In this document: positions 28,979 to 37,931 of the stretch, piece by piece
Numbering within the stretch: position 1 is the first letter of the stretch
Layout: the number at the start of each line of letters is the position of its first letter
The notes under the pieces: generated by a model
What the model was told of the DNA's origin: nothing
The model's input: only the letters and a program-made list of their open reading frames with translations
Databases searched by the model: none
NCBI GenBank assembly: GCA_040752575.1
Contig: JBFMGK010000015.1
Span: 15,823 to 79,822, forward strand
Source: Candidatus Bipolaricaulota bacterium
GTDB taxonomy: Bacteria; Bipolaricaulota; Bipolaricaulia; UBA7950; UBA9294
Direction of reading: 5' to 3'
Length of the DNA: 64,000 nt
Program-made: the position numbers and the translations under genes

Positions 28979-31359
28979 GAAGGCCTCCTTGAGGTTTGCT
29001 CCCGATGCGCGCGCCGTTGGGCGATTCGATCAATCCACCCTGCCGCCGTGAGAAACCGCGGGGACGCGGCGGCGAGGGCCGCCGGGAGAATCGTCAGCGC
29101 GGCGCTCGCGCTCGCCGCCATCGCCAGCGCCAGGAGTCCGCCGAAGCTCCGAAAGGCGACGAATCGCGACAGACACAGAACGAGGAGTCCGGCCATCACG
29201 GCGGCCGCGTTGAACGCAATCGCCCGTCCCGCGGTCTCTGCGGTCTTCTGCGCCGCGTCCGCGAGGTTCCGGCCCGCGCGGCGCTCGTTTCGGACTCTGG
29301 CCACGTAGTGCACCGCGTAATCGATGCCCGTTCCCATCGTGATGCTGGCGATGGTCGCCGACGCGAGGTTGAGCGTAATGCCGGCGACGGACATCACGGC
29401 GAAGATCGCAAGAACCGTGAACACGAGCGGGATGAGACTGACCAACCCCGCGATGACCGACCCCATGATCGCAGCGACGATCGCCCCGACCACGAAGGTC
29501 GACGAGAAGATGTTGGTGATCTGGCTCCGGATGAGCTGGCGGCTCATCGCGTCGAAGAACTGCGTCGGGCCCACCATGTCCGCCTTCGCGACGTCGGCGA
29601 AGTGCGTCCGAAGATAGCCGCGTACATCGCGAACCAACTGGGCCTTGGTTGCGCCGTCGGCCCGCGGGTACATGCCTACGATCTGGCCGGCGGAGAAGTC
29701 ACGCAGCGCGATCGCGCCGAGGTCGCCTCCCTGAAACGCGAACAGCGCCAGCAACTGGGAGACCTGCTTGCGATCGTCCGGAATCGCGTTGTACGCCGGA
29801 TCGCCGTCGTGAAAACGCAGGTTCAGTTCCCGCACGAGGTCGGTGATCGACGCCGTCTTGCGCACTCCGAAGGAACGCAGCGCGGTCTCGAGTTCGATCA
29901 AGCGACGCAGGAGCTCCGGGTCCTTGAGCCCATCTCGGCGGCCCGTGTCGATCTCGATTCGCAACTGCTCGGCGCCGGAGAAGTGAACGTCGAAGTCCTT
30001 CATCCCAAGGACCGCCGGATGCTGCTCGCCGAGGAAGCCGGTCATCGACGAGTCCGTCTTGATGAGGGGAACCGTCGCGGCAAGGACTCCGACAAGAAGG
30101 AGCGCCGCGACGAGCACCATCCGCGGGCGGCGCGCCGCGGCCCGCGAGAGCCCACCAAGGACTCGGCCAAGCCGGCTTCGCCCCTCACCGAGGTCCTTCA
30201 CCGGCCGCTCGGGGAGGACGGCCAGAACTGCGGGGACAACGACGAGGGCGAGGACCAGGGCCAGGCCGACGCCGGCCGCCGCGATAAGTCCGAACTCGGC
30301 GAACAGCGGCATCGACGACGTCAACAGGGACAGGAAACCGCCCATCGTCGTCAGGCCGGCCATGGTCACCGCCCCGGCAATCGAAGGCACTGCAACGACG
30401 ATGGCCTCGCGACGCGAGACGCCGCGTGCGCGTTCTTCGTCGACCCGGTGCATCACGTGGATTCCATAGGCGATCCCGATCGCAAGCAGCAGCACGGGAA
30501 GAACGAAGGTGATGATCGAGACGGGGACGCCGAGCAGGGCCATCGGACCGAACGTCCAGACGACGGCCAGACCCACGACGAGGAGCGGGATCCAAACGCC
30601 GCGGAGCGAGCGGAACGAGAGAAACAGCACGACGCACATCGCGGCGAGGACGATCGGAATCAAGACGACGAGATCGCCCTGAATGGATTCGGTGAGCGCA
30701 AGCATCATGTACGCTTCGCCGCTGATCGAGTACTTCTCCGGCGGCGTGCCCAGTTCGCCGACCACTGCCCGCACGGATTTGGCCACGTCGAATTGGGGCG
30801 CGTCCCGGTCCGACCGCACGAGAATCGCGATCGCCGACTCGTCCGAGGCGACCAAGAGGTCTTGCATCGTCTGGATTCCCAGGACACGGTCGCGGTACGC
30901 GGCGATCGTTTCCGGCGTCGTCGGGGCGAGGCCGCCCGGAGCCGCTGGCCCGACGTCGAGGGCGTCGGCCGAGCTGACGATCACGTCGCGCCCCAGGGGC
31001 CCGTCGACTTCGGCGACGCCGGGGATGTCCGCTAGACCGGCCTCCAGAGCCTCGACCTTCGCCAACGTACGCGCGTTGAACACCCCGTCCGGCGAAGCCA
31101 CCGCCACCATGAGCAGGGTCTGCGACCCGTAGCGCGCCTCGGCCTGATCCATGAGGAGATAGGCCGGATCGGTGGAGTCGACGTAGGTCGCGAAGTCGAC
31201 ATTCGTATCCAGTCGTGCCAGCGGCACGGCAAGAGCGATCGAAACCGCGCAGACCGCAAAGAGCACGGCGCGCGCGTGGTCAACGATCCATGCGGTCGCC
31301 CTCGCGATCACTGCAGCCAACCCCCGTTCACGAAGGCACTGGCCGCGAGCGCGGCCCAC
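28975..31359 (-). CDS. MMPL-family RND transporter (HpnN-like lipid exporter type)
   Basis: About 790 aa, 12 transmembrane segments in two bundles with two large periplasmic loops, and the MMPL family architecture. The start codon is uncertain because it overlaps the upstream gene. Confidence 0.8.
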   Translation of the reverse strand: MGRARGQCLRERGLAAVIARATAWIVDHARAVLFAVCAVSIALAVPLARLDTNVDFATYVDSTDPAYLLMDQAEARYGSQTLLMVAVASPDGVFNARTLAKVEALEAGLADIPGVAEVDGPLGRDVIVSSADALDVGPAAPGGLAPTTPETIAAYRDRVLGIQTMQDLLVASDESAIAILVRSDRDAPQFDVAKSVRAVVGELGTPPEKYSISGEAYMMLALTESIQGDLVVLIPIVLAAMCVVLFLSFRSLRGVWIPLLVVGLAVVWTFGPMALLGVPVSIITFVLPVLLLAIGIAYGIHVMHRVDEERARGVSRREAIVVAVPSIAGAVTMAGLTTMGGFLSLLTSSMPLFAEFGLIAAAGVGLALVLALVVVPAVLAVLPERPVKDLGEGRSRLGRVLGGLSRAAARRPRMVLVAALLLVGVLAATVPLIKTDSSMTGFLGEQHPAVLGMKDFDVHFSGAEQLRIEIDTGRRDGLKDPELLRRLIELETALRSFGVRKTASITDLVRELNLRFHDGDPAYNAIPDDRKQVSQLLALFAFQGGDLGAIALRDFSAGQIVGMYPRADGATKAQLVRDVRGYLRTHFADVAKADMVGPTQFFDAMSRQLIRSQITNIFSSTFVVGAIVAAIMGSVIAGLVSLIPLVFTVLAIFAVMSVAGITLNLASATIASITMGTGIDYAVHYVARVRNERRAGRNLADAAQKTAETAGRAIAFNAAAVMAGLLVLCLSRFVAFRSFGGLLALAMAASASAALTILPAALAAASPRFLTAAGWIDRIAQRRAHREQTSRRPS

Positions 31360-31814
31360 AGGTCGTCCAGCGGGCCGACGGCAGACGCAAGCCCGGCGAA
31401 CGCGGCGGCGATGCCCTCTTGGAACAGGGCCATGGCCTGCGCCGCATCCGGCCGAGACGAAGGGTCGCCGGCCACGAGCAACCAGATCCGGGTGGCGCTG
31501 CCGTCATCGATTCCCCGCGGGATGATAAGGATAAGGTCGTACGGCGCTTCGGGGGCCTGGCGGCCTGCGAGCGGGTCGTCGAATGGACCGAGCCCGTCGG
31601 CGAACAGCACGGTGAGATCGGCCACTCCGCTCTGCCGGATGGCCCCCGCAATGCCCACGACGCGCATCGTCGAAGTGAAGGTCTTCGTCCCGTCCACGAG
31701 CAACACGCGGTAGCGCGCCTCCTGAGCGGCCGTCGGTGCGACAACGAACAGCACTGCCAGGGCCGCGGCGGCGAAACCTAGGCCCCAACGCCGTAGGCGA
31801 GAGGTCAACATGGG
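31308..31814 (-). CDS. Secreted hypothetical protein
   Basis: The start MLTSRLRRWGLGFAAAALAVLFVVAPTAAQ is preceded by GAGAAAGGAGAACCC. It is translationally coupled between the TetR and MMPL genes. Confidence 0.5.
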   Translation of the reverse strand, partial: PMLTSRLRRWGLGFAAAALAVLFVVAPTAAQEARYRVLLVDGTKTFTSTMRVVGIAGAIRQSGVADLTVLFADGLGPFDDPLAGRQAPEAPYDLILIIPRGIDDGSATRIWLLVAGDPSSRPDAAQAMALFQEGIAAAFAGLASAVGPLDDLWAALAASAFVNGGWLQ

Positions 31815-32440
31815 TTCTCCTTTCTCAGACTGCACCACATGAACTGGGCCAACTCGCGCGTCACGCGAGCCAGGGTGTCGCTCGACGCCTCCGCGCCGTA
31901 GACCGACATGTAGAGCGGCAGGGTCTCCTGCATCGCGAGAAGGACGCACGCGCCGACCCTCGGATCGAACGCCCGGACCTCGTTGAGCAAGGTCCCGCGA
32001 TCAAGCAGGCGCGCGATCCGATCGAGAAGGTACCGATGGAAACTGCGCATCCTCTCATCGCCATCGCTCAACGCCTGCAGAGAGCGGCGACTCAGAACTT
32101 GAACGAGATCCGGCTCCTTGCGGAACAGGTCGATCTGCAGCGCAACAAACGCCTCGAGCACCTCGGGAACGGGAAGCGCGGAGTCGAGCAGTTTGTCGAC
32201 CGCATCCAGCATGGCATCGGTGTAGCGGCGGAATACGTCGATGAGGATCTCGTCTTTGCTCTCGTAGTAGAGATAGACCGTCCCCTTGGCGATGCCCGCT
32301 TCCTGCGCGATGTCGGCGACGGTTGTATCGTGAAACCCGCGCTGGGCGAACACGCGAAGTGCGGCGCGGTGGATTTGGTCTCGCTTCTCTTCTCGGCAAG
32401 TTGGCACGTGAGCCTCCGTGGTGACTGACCGGTCAGTCAT
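31805..32440 (-). CDS. TetR/AcrR-family transcriptional regulator
   Basis: The TetR HTH is FAQRGFHDTTVADIAQEAGIAKGTVYLYYESKDEIL. Confidence 0.85.
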   Translation of the reverse strand: MTDRSVTTEAHVPTCREEKRDQIHRAALRVFAQRGFHDTTVADIAQEAGIAKGTVYLYYESKDEILIDVFRRYTDAMLDAVDKLLDSALPVPEVLEAFVALQIDLFRKEPDLVQVLSRRSLQALSDGDERMRSFHRYLLDRIARLLDRGTLLNEVRAFDPRVGACVLLAMQETLPLYMSVYGAEASSDTLARVTRELAQFMWCSLRKENPC

Positions 32441-32491
32441 TCTACAGGCTGGCGCCATCCGTTCAAGGCTCGGGAAAGAAGGGCTTCTGGG

Positions 32492-33496
32492 TCAGGCGGT
32501 CCGCGTTCGCCATGCCCCGAGGAGGGCGAGAACGCGAACCGTCCAATCGACGGCGCGGGCGTCGCGTCGACGCCACGACTCGGAAAGCGGCAGGGCCCAC
32601 GACCACGCCGCACGGGGTCCGAAGTCCCAAAGGCCGTCGGGCCGGCGTCGTTCGGCCAACGCATCGGCCAACGGGGCGGTGGCCATCCCCGCCACGGAGA
32701 ACCCGGCAAGAAGCTCGTGCGACAGGAACCATCGTTCCCCCGCTCCCGAGTCCGGAGTCTGGACCGGCGCCGAGACCGGGACGCCGTAGCAGCCGATGCC
32801 GTCAGGCTTGCGCCAGATCCACCGCACGAGCGAGGCGGCGAGGCCGTCCGGCAGGTCGGCCGCCCGGGCCGCGAGGAGCGCAAGGGTGTAGCGATTGGAC
32901 AAGACGAGATACGACCCCGTGACGGTCGCCCCGGTCAACGCGTGGTGTGCCTCGGCCTCCGCCGCGGCGTCGTACGACCCATCGGACAACGTTCGCCGCG
33001 CGATCTCTTGCCACAGGCGCCACGGGACGTCGAGCGCTTCGTGGCCGGGCTCGATCCGAGCGAGAGCGGACGCGGCAAACAGCTGAAGCCCCGTCGTCCA
33101 GCGGTCGTTGCGCTCCGGCGGGTCTGGCGGAACGGCTCTCCCGGCCAGGACGTCAGCCAAGTAGCGAACGGCCTTCGCGAGGATCGGGTGCCGTGCGTCC
33201 AGCCCGAGCGCGAGGGCACGCTCGACCGCCCACTCCGTGGTTGGCACGGCCGACCGCGACGACGTATCGCGCGAGTGCAGCCGGCCCCAACCGCCGTCGG
33301 GTCGCTGCTCGGCGATCAGTCTTTCGACGTGAATCGAGGTGTCGACTTCCCGGCGCGCGGCATCGACTCGCTCCTCGCCGGCGCTGCCGCGGAGGACGTC
33401 GCGCGCAAGCCGCAGCCGCACGACGGGGTCCGACGTCCCGCGCGTGAGTTCCAGCGCCAGGGCCCGTGCGTCGTCTTGCGTCAGACGGCTACTCAT
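32492..33496 (-). CDS. Hypothetical protein with prenyltransferase/terpene-cyclase-type (alpha-alpha toroid, QW-like) repeats
   Basis: The motif EQRPDGGWG matches the Q-x-x-DGGWG repeat of the prenyltransferase/squalene-cyclase beta-subunit fold, and a second degenerate copy is RRPDGLWDFG. The protein is helical and 334 aa long. Family assignment is tentative. Confidence 0.45.
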   Translation of the reverse strand: MSSRLTQDDARALALELTRGTSDPVVRLRLARDVLRGSAGEERVDAARREVDTSIHVERLIAEQRPDGGWGRLHSRDTSSRSAVPTTEWAVERALALGLDARHPILAKAVRYLADVLAGRAVPPDPPERNDRWTTGLQLFAASALARIEPGHEALDVPWRLWQEIARRTLSDGSYDAAAEAEAHHALTGATVTGSYLVLSNRYTLALLAARAADLPDGLAASLVRWIWRKPDGIGCYGVPVSAPVQTPDSGAGERWFLSHELLAGFSVAGMATAPLADALAERRRPDGLWDFGPRAAWSWALPLSESWRRRDARAVDWTVRVLALLGAWRTRTA

Positions 33497-34750
33497 ACCT
33501 CAACGCGTCCACGACGGCCATCCGCGCTCCGCGACGCGCGGGCCACAGCCCCGACAGGGCGCCGATCAGGAAGGACGAAAGGAGCGTCACCAAGATGAGT
33601 CCCGGGCTCACGACGAACGGGAACGTCACCCCGCCGGGGAGGTTCGCAAACGTGTTGATGGCCCAGCAAGCCGCCGCGCTCAACAGGAGACCCGCCACGG
33701 TCCCGATCGCGCCGCCGACAAGTCCGATCAAGCCCGACTCGATCAGAAAGATGGAAAGCACGTGGCGGTTCTTGGCCCCTACGGCCTTCATCACGCCGAT
33801 GTCCTTCGTGCGTTCGAGGACCGACGTGAACATCGTGTTCATCACGCCCACTCCGCCGACGATCAACGAGATCCCAGCGAGGCCGGCGAGGAAGACGCTG
33901 ATCGAGCCCAGGAGCGTGTCGATGAAGTCGTTGATGTCGCCCGACGTCACGGCCGCGACCCGCGACCCTTCAGCCTTGAGCGCCGTCTCGGCACGGTCGG
34001 CCACGTCGTCCACCTTGAAGCCGGGAAGGATCTTCACGGCCGTCACAAGGTAGTCGTTGCCCTCCGGCCAAAGCTGATCCATCGCGGCGTTGGGGATGTA
34101 CATCGTGTCCTCGGTCGCCCCGATGCCGCCCGAGAAACCCTGGCTCTCGTCCTCGTCCGAAGCTTTGAGGATGCCGATGACGCTCATCGTCATCTCGCTC
34201 GTCTTCTCTCCGGCGATCAGCAGGGAATCGCCGACCGCGACGTTGAGGCGCTCGGCCAACTCGGCCCCGAGGACGACGACGTCCACGTCGCCTTCTTCGA
34301 TGTCACGTCCGCCCGGCTCGAACTCCGTCTCGGGGGCGAACGCCTTGAACTCGGTGGAGAACTCCGGCGAAATCCCCATGACGGGGAAGAAGCCCTGCGC
34401 GGCTTTGCCGTCGGCTCCCGTCCCACCCTGAACGAAGGCCGTCCTCTGCCGGATGGCCGCCACGGCCTTGACGCCTTCCACGCGCTGCAGCGTCGGCAGG
34501 TCGAGCGCGAACTGCGTCGCCCCGCCGCCATGGCCGCGCGTGAACGTGTCCTCCTCCATGATGACGAAGGTGTCCACGCCGAAGACTTTCGAGACCTGGC
34601 CCTTCATCATCCCCTCGAGGCTCAGGCCGATCGAGATCAAACCCACGACGGCAGCGATGCCGATCATCACGCCGAGCACGGCCAAGAAGCTTCGCAGCTT
34701 GCGATGCAAGATGCTCTGGGCCGCCAACCGCAGAAACTCGCTAACCATGG
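33489..34750 (-). CDS. ABC transporter permease, FtsX/MacB-type
   Basis: An N-terminal transmembrane segment, a large periplasmic domain and a C-terminal FtsX-like 3-TM bundle. It overlaps the ATPase gene. Confidence 0.8.
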
Positions 34751-35427
34751 CGCACCTCTTCAAGAACCCGCCCATCGCGCAGGCGGATGATGCGCCCGGC
34801 GATCGCCGCCGCATCGGGATCGTGCGTGATCAGGATCATCGTCTTGCCCTCGTCGGCGCACAGCCGTTTGAGGAGATCCAGGATCGTCGCACCGGTCTCG
34901 GAGTCGAGGTTCCCCGTCGGCTCGTCGGCCAGGATGATCTCCGGGTTGTTCGCTAGAGCCCGGGCGATCGCAACCCGCTGGCGCTCTCCGCCCGAGAGTT
35001 CGTTCGGGCGATGCTTCACGCGCTCCCCCAGACCGACCTTCTCCAGGAGAGAACGAGCCCGCTCGGCGCGTTCGCGACGCCCGACGCCGAGGAAGATCAT
35101 CGGCAGTTCTACGTTCTGTTGCGCGGTGAGCGTCTGGATCAAGTTGAAGGTCTGGAAGACGAAGCCCACCTTCTTGCCGCGCAGCGTCACGAGCTCGTCC
35201 TCGCCGAGCCGGCCCACGTCGTGCCCTTCGAGGGACGCCGAGCCCTCGCTCGGCGTGTCGAGCGCGCCGAGGATGTGCATGAGCGTCGACTTCCCGGAGC
35301 CCGACGGCCCCATGATCGCTACGATCTCACCCTTCTCAATCGCCAGGTCGAGGCCGCGGAGGGCGTGAACGACCGTCTTGCCCAGCGCGTAGTCCTTGGT
35401 GACGCCTTCGAGATGGAGCAGTCCCAT
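34741..35427 (-). CDS. ABC transporter ATP-binding protein (MacB/LolD-type)
   Basis: Walker A GPSGSGKST, signature LSGGERQRVAIARAL, Walker B ILADEPTGNLD. Confidence 0.9.
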   Translation of the reverse strand: MGLLHLEGVTKDYALGKTVVHALRGLDLAIEKGEIVAIMGPSGSGKSTLMHILGALDTPSEGSASLEGHDVGRLGEDELVTLRGKKVGFVFQTFNLIQTLTAQQNVELPMIFLGVGRRERAERARSLLEKVGLGERVKHRPNELSGGERQRVAIARALANNPEIILADEPTGNLDSETGATILDLLKRLCADEGKTMILITHDPDAAAIAGRIIRLRDGRVLEEVRHG

Positions 35428-35429
35428 GT

Positions 35430-36023
35430 CTAGCTCCCGCTCACGGTGTACTCGACGAGCTCGAGCGAGAAGACCGGGACCCACTGACCGTCGCGCTCTT
35501 CCTCAACGCGGATGAGCGGCGAGATGTAGACCGGGTGAGACAACGCAAAGGCGACCGTCGTCCGCGTCTCAGGGCTGTCCGGATCGATCAACACCCCCTG
35601 CAGCGACCACACGCCCGCCACCGTGACGCCCGTGATCTCCACGAACGACCCGCCGCCGGGAAGAAGGTACTCCTGCCCCTCCTGAAGACGGCTGCGTTGA
35701 TCCATCAGCGCCTGAAGGGACGAGTAGCTGACGTCGTCGCCGCTGCCCGAACTGACGCGCGTCGCCCCGAAGATGAAGCCGAACGCTTCGAGCTCGTCCT
35801 CGGTGCCCGTTCCCTCGGTGACCATGCGGACGGTGTACGTCCCGTCCCCGTGGGCTGTGACCGTCAGCTCGAGCGGTTGCGGCTGCTCCACATCCTCCGT
35901 CCGAATGCTGTAGACCATGCGCGTGACTCCGGTGGGGAACGCGTTGAGATCCGCCTGCCCCAGCGCGGCGGCCGCAAGCCCCAGAACCACTATCAGACCG
36001 ACAAGAACCGAGATCTTCTTCAT
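35430..36023 (-). CDS. Secreted/lipoprotein-like hypothetical protein, first gene of the MacB-type ABC cluster
   Basis: Signal peptide MKKISVLVGLIVVLGLAAAALGQA. Its stop lies 3 nt before the ATPase start. Confidence 0.5.
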   Translation of the reverse strand: MKKISVLVGLIVVLGLAAAALGQADLNAFPTGVTRMVYSIRTEDVEQPQPLELTVTAHGDGTYTVRMVTEGTGTEDELEAFGFIFGATRVSSGSGDDVSYSSLQALMDQRSRLQEGQEYLLPGGGSFVEITGVTVAGVWSLQGVLIDPDSPETRTTVAFALSHPVYISPLIRVEEERDGQWVPVFSLELVEYTVSGS

Positions 36024-36101
36024 GGCATTCCTCTCTTTCGCTTCAACTCATCGCTCTCTCATGCTATCCCACGGCGCAGCCTGCCGACCCGTCGCGAGTA
36101 C

Positions 36102-37931
36102 TCAGGGCGAGACCTCGACCCGCCCGCGGAACTGACTCATGTAGAGCCGGTAGTACGAACCGCGAGACGACATAAGCTCGTCGTGCGTCCCGTGCTCGAC
36201 CACCTCGCCCCCGTCGATCATCAGAATCTGGTCCGCGCCGCGGATCGTCGAGAGGCGATGCGCAATGACAAAGCTCGTCCGGCCCTTCATGAGCTCGAGC
36301 AACGCCTCCTGAATGTGAACTTCGGTTCGCGTGTCCACGCTCGATGTCGCTTCGTCGAGCACGAGGATCCGCGGATCGGCGAGGATCGCCCGCGCGATGG
36401 CCAGGAGCTGCCGCTGCCCCTCGGACAGATTGGCTCCGCGCTCCGAGAGCAGCGTGTCGTAACCGTGCGGGAGTCGCCGGATGAATCCGTCGGCGTTGGC
36501 CAGTCGCGCCGCGGCGACGACCTCCTCGTCGGTGGCATCGAGCCGTCCGTACCGGATGTTCTCCTTCACGCTCTCGGCAAAGAGGAACGTCTGCTGCAAA
36601 ACGATCCCGAGTTGTCTTCGGAGGCTGTCGCGCGTCACCGTCCGGATGTCGACTCCGTCGATCCGAATCGCGCCCGATTCCAGGTCGTAGAACCTTGTGA
36701 GCACGTTGACGAGGGTCGTCTTGCCGGCTCCGGTCGGTCCGACGAGGGCGACGCGCTCCCCGGGCCGCGCGGAGAGCGTCACGTGTCGCAACACAGGTTC
36801 CCCCTTGACGTACGAGAACGAGACGTCGTCGAACTCCACGTGTCCCTCGACGCGTGGAAGATCGATCGCGTCGGGCGCGTCGCGGAGATCGGGAACGGTG
36901 TCGAGGGCCTCGAAGACCCGCTCTGCGCCGGCCAGCGCAGCCTGAACCTGATTGTAGAGGTCGCCAAGTTGGCGAAGCGGCTCGGCGAACCGCCGCGAGT
37001 ACGTGATGAAGGTCGCAATGAGCCCGATGCTCGCGAGCCCCTTCAACGTGAGGTATCCGCCGAGACCGACGATCACCGCGACGTTGGCGTTGGACAGGAT
37101 GCCCATCATCGGCATCAGGAGGAGAGAGTAGGTCATCGCCGTCGCACCCACCCGCCGCACGGCCTCGTTGGCTCCGTCGAACGCGTCGAGGACCCGTCCC
37201 TGCTGGCCGAACGCCATGACGACGCGCTGGCCGCTGTATGCCTCTTCCAGCGTTCCATTCAAGGTTCCAAGGTTCTTCTGGTACTCGCGGAACGCGCCCC
37301 TCGTCTTGCGCCCGACGGCCCCGACGAGGCCGATCATGAGCGGAAGCACGATCATCGAGGCCAGGGCAAGCCACACGTTGAGCAGGAACATCACGATAAG
37401 GATCCCCACAAGCGTGAGCATCCCCGTGAAGAGCATCGTGACATTCTGAGAAAGGACGCGACTGATCGCGTCCATGTCGTTCGTCAGCCGACTCATCAGT
37501 TCTCCGGCGGACCGGCCGTCGTAGAAACGCAGAGACAGCGTCTCGAGGTGGGCGAACAGGTCTCGCCGTAGAACGCGCATCGCGCGTTGCGCCACGGTAG
37601 CCATGACGACACCCTGACCCGTGTGACCCAGCCACGCGACGACGAACGCCGCGACCATCCAGCCGACCACTTCGAGTATCGCCGCAAGGCCTGACCGCGC
37701 GACAATCTCGTTCACCGCGCGCCCCATGAGGTACGGTCCCAACAGGTCCATGGCCGTCGCCAGCGTCGCGACCAGGACCACGAGGCCGAGGGTCACCCGG
37801 TACGGCTTCAGATACGCTAGCAGCCGCACCAGCGAACCGCGCGCGTTCTTTGGGTGTTCGAAGCGCATCCCGTGGCCCCGCGCCGGCCGCATGAGGGAAG
37901 GAGAGGGTTGGCGACGGCTCGGCTCGCTCAT
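36102..37931 (-). CDS. ABC exporter, fused permease-ATPase (type I exporter, MsbA-like half transporter)
   Basis: A 6-TM domain plus an NBD (GPTGAGKTT, LSEGQRQLLAIARAIL, LVLDEATSSVD). Confidence 0.9.
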   Translation of the reverse strand: MSEPSRRQPSPSLMRPARGHGMRFEHPKNARGSLVRLLAYLKPYRVTLGLVVLVATLATAMDLLGPYLMGRAVNEIVARSGLAAILEVVGWMVAAFVVAWLGHTGQGVVMATVAQRAMRVLRRDLFAHLETLSLRFYDGRSAGELMSRLTNDMDAISRVLSQNVTMLFTGMLTLVGILIVMFLLNVWLALASMIVLPLMIGLVGAVGRKTRGAFREYQKNLGTLNGTLEEAYSGQRVVMAFGQQGRVLDAFDGANEAVRRVGATAMTYSLLLMPMMGILSNANVAVIVGLGGYLTLKGLASIGLIATFITYSRRFAEPLRQLGDLYNQVQAALAGAERVFEALDTVPDLRDAPDAIDLPRVEGHVEFDDVSFSYVKGEPVLRHVTLSARPGERVALVGPTGAGKTTLVNVLTRFYDLESGAIRIDGVDIRTVTRDSLRRQLGIVLQQTFLFAESVKENIRYGRLDATDEEVVAAARLANADGFIRRLPHGYDTLLSERGANLSEGQRQLLAIARAILADPRILVLDEATSSVDTRTEVHIQEALLELMKGRTSFVIAHRLSTIRGADQILMIDGGEVVEHGTHDELMSSRGSYYRLYMSQFRGRVEVSP

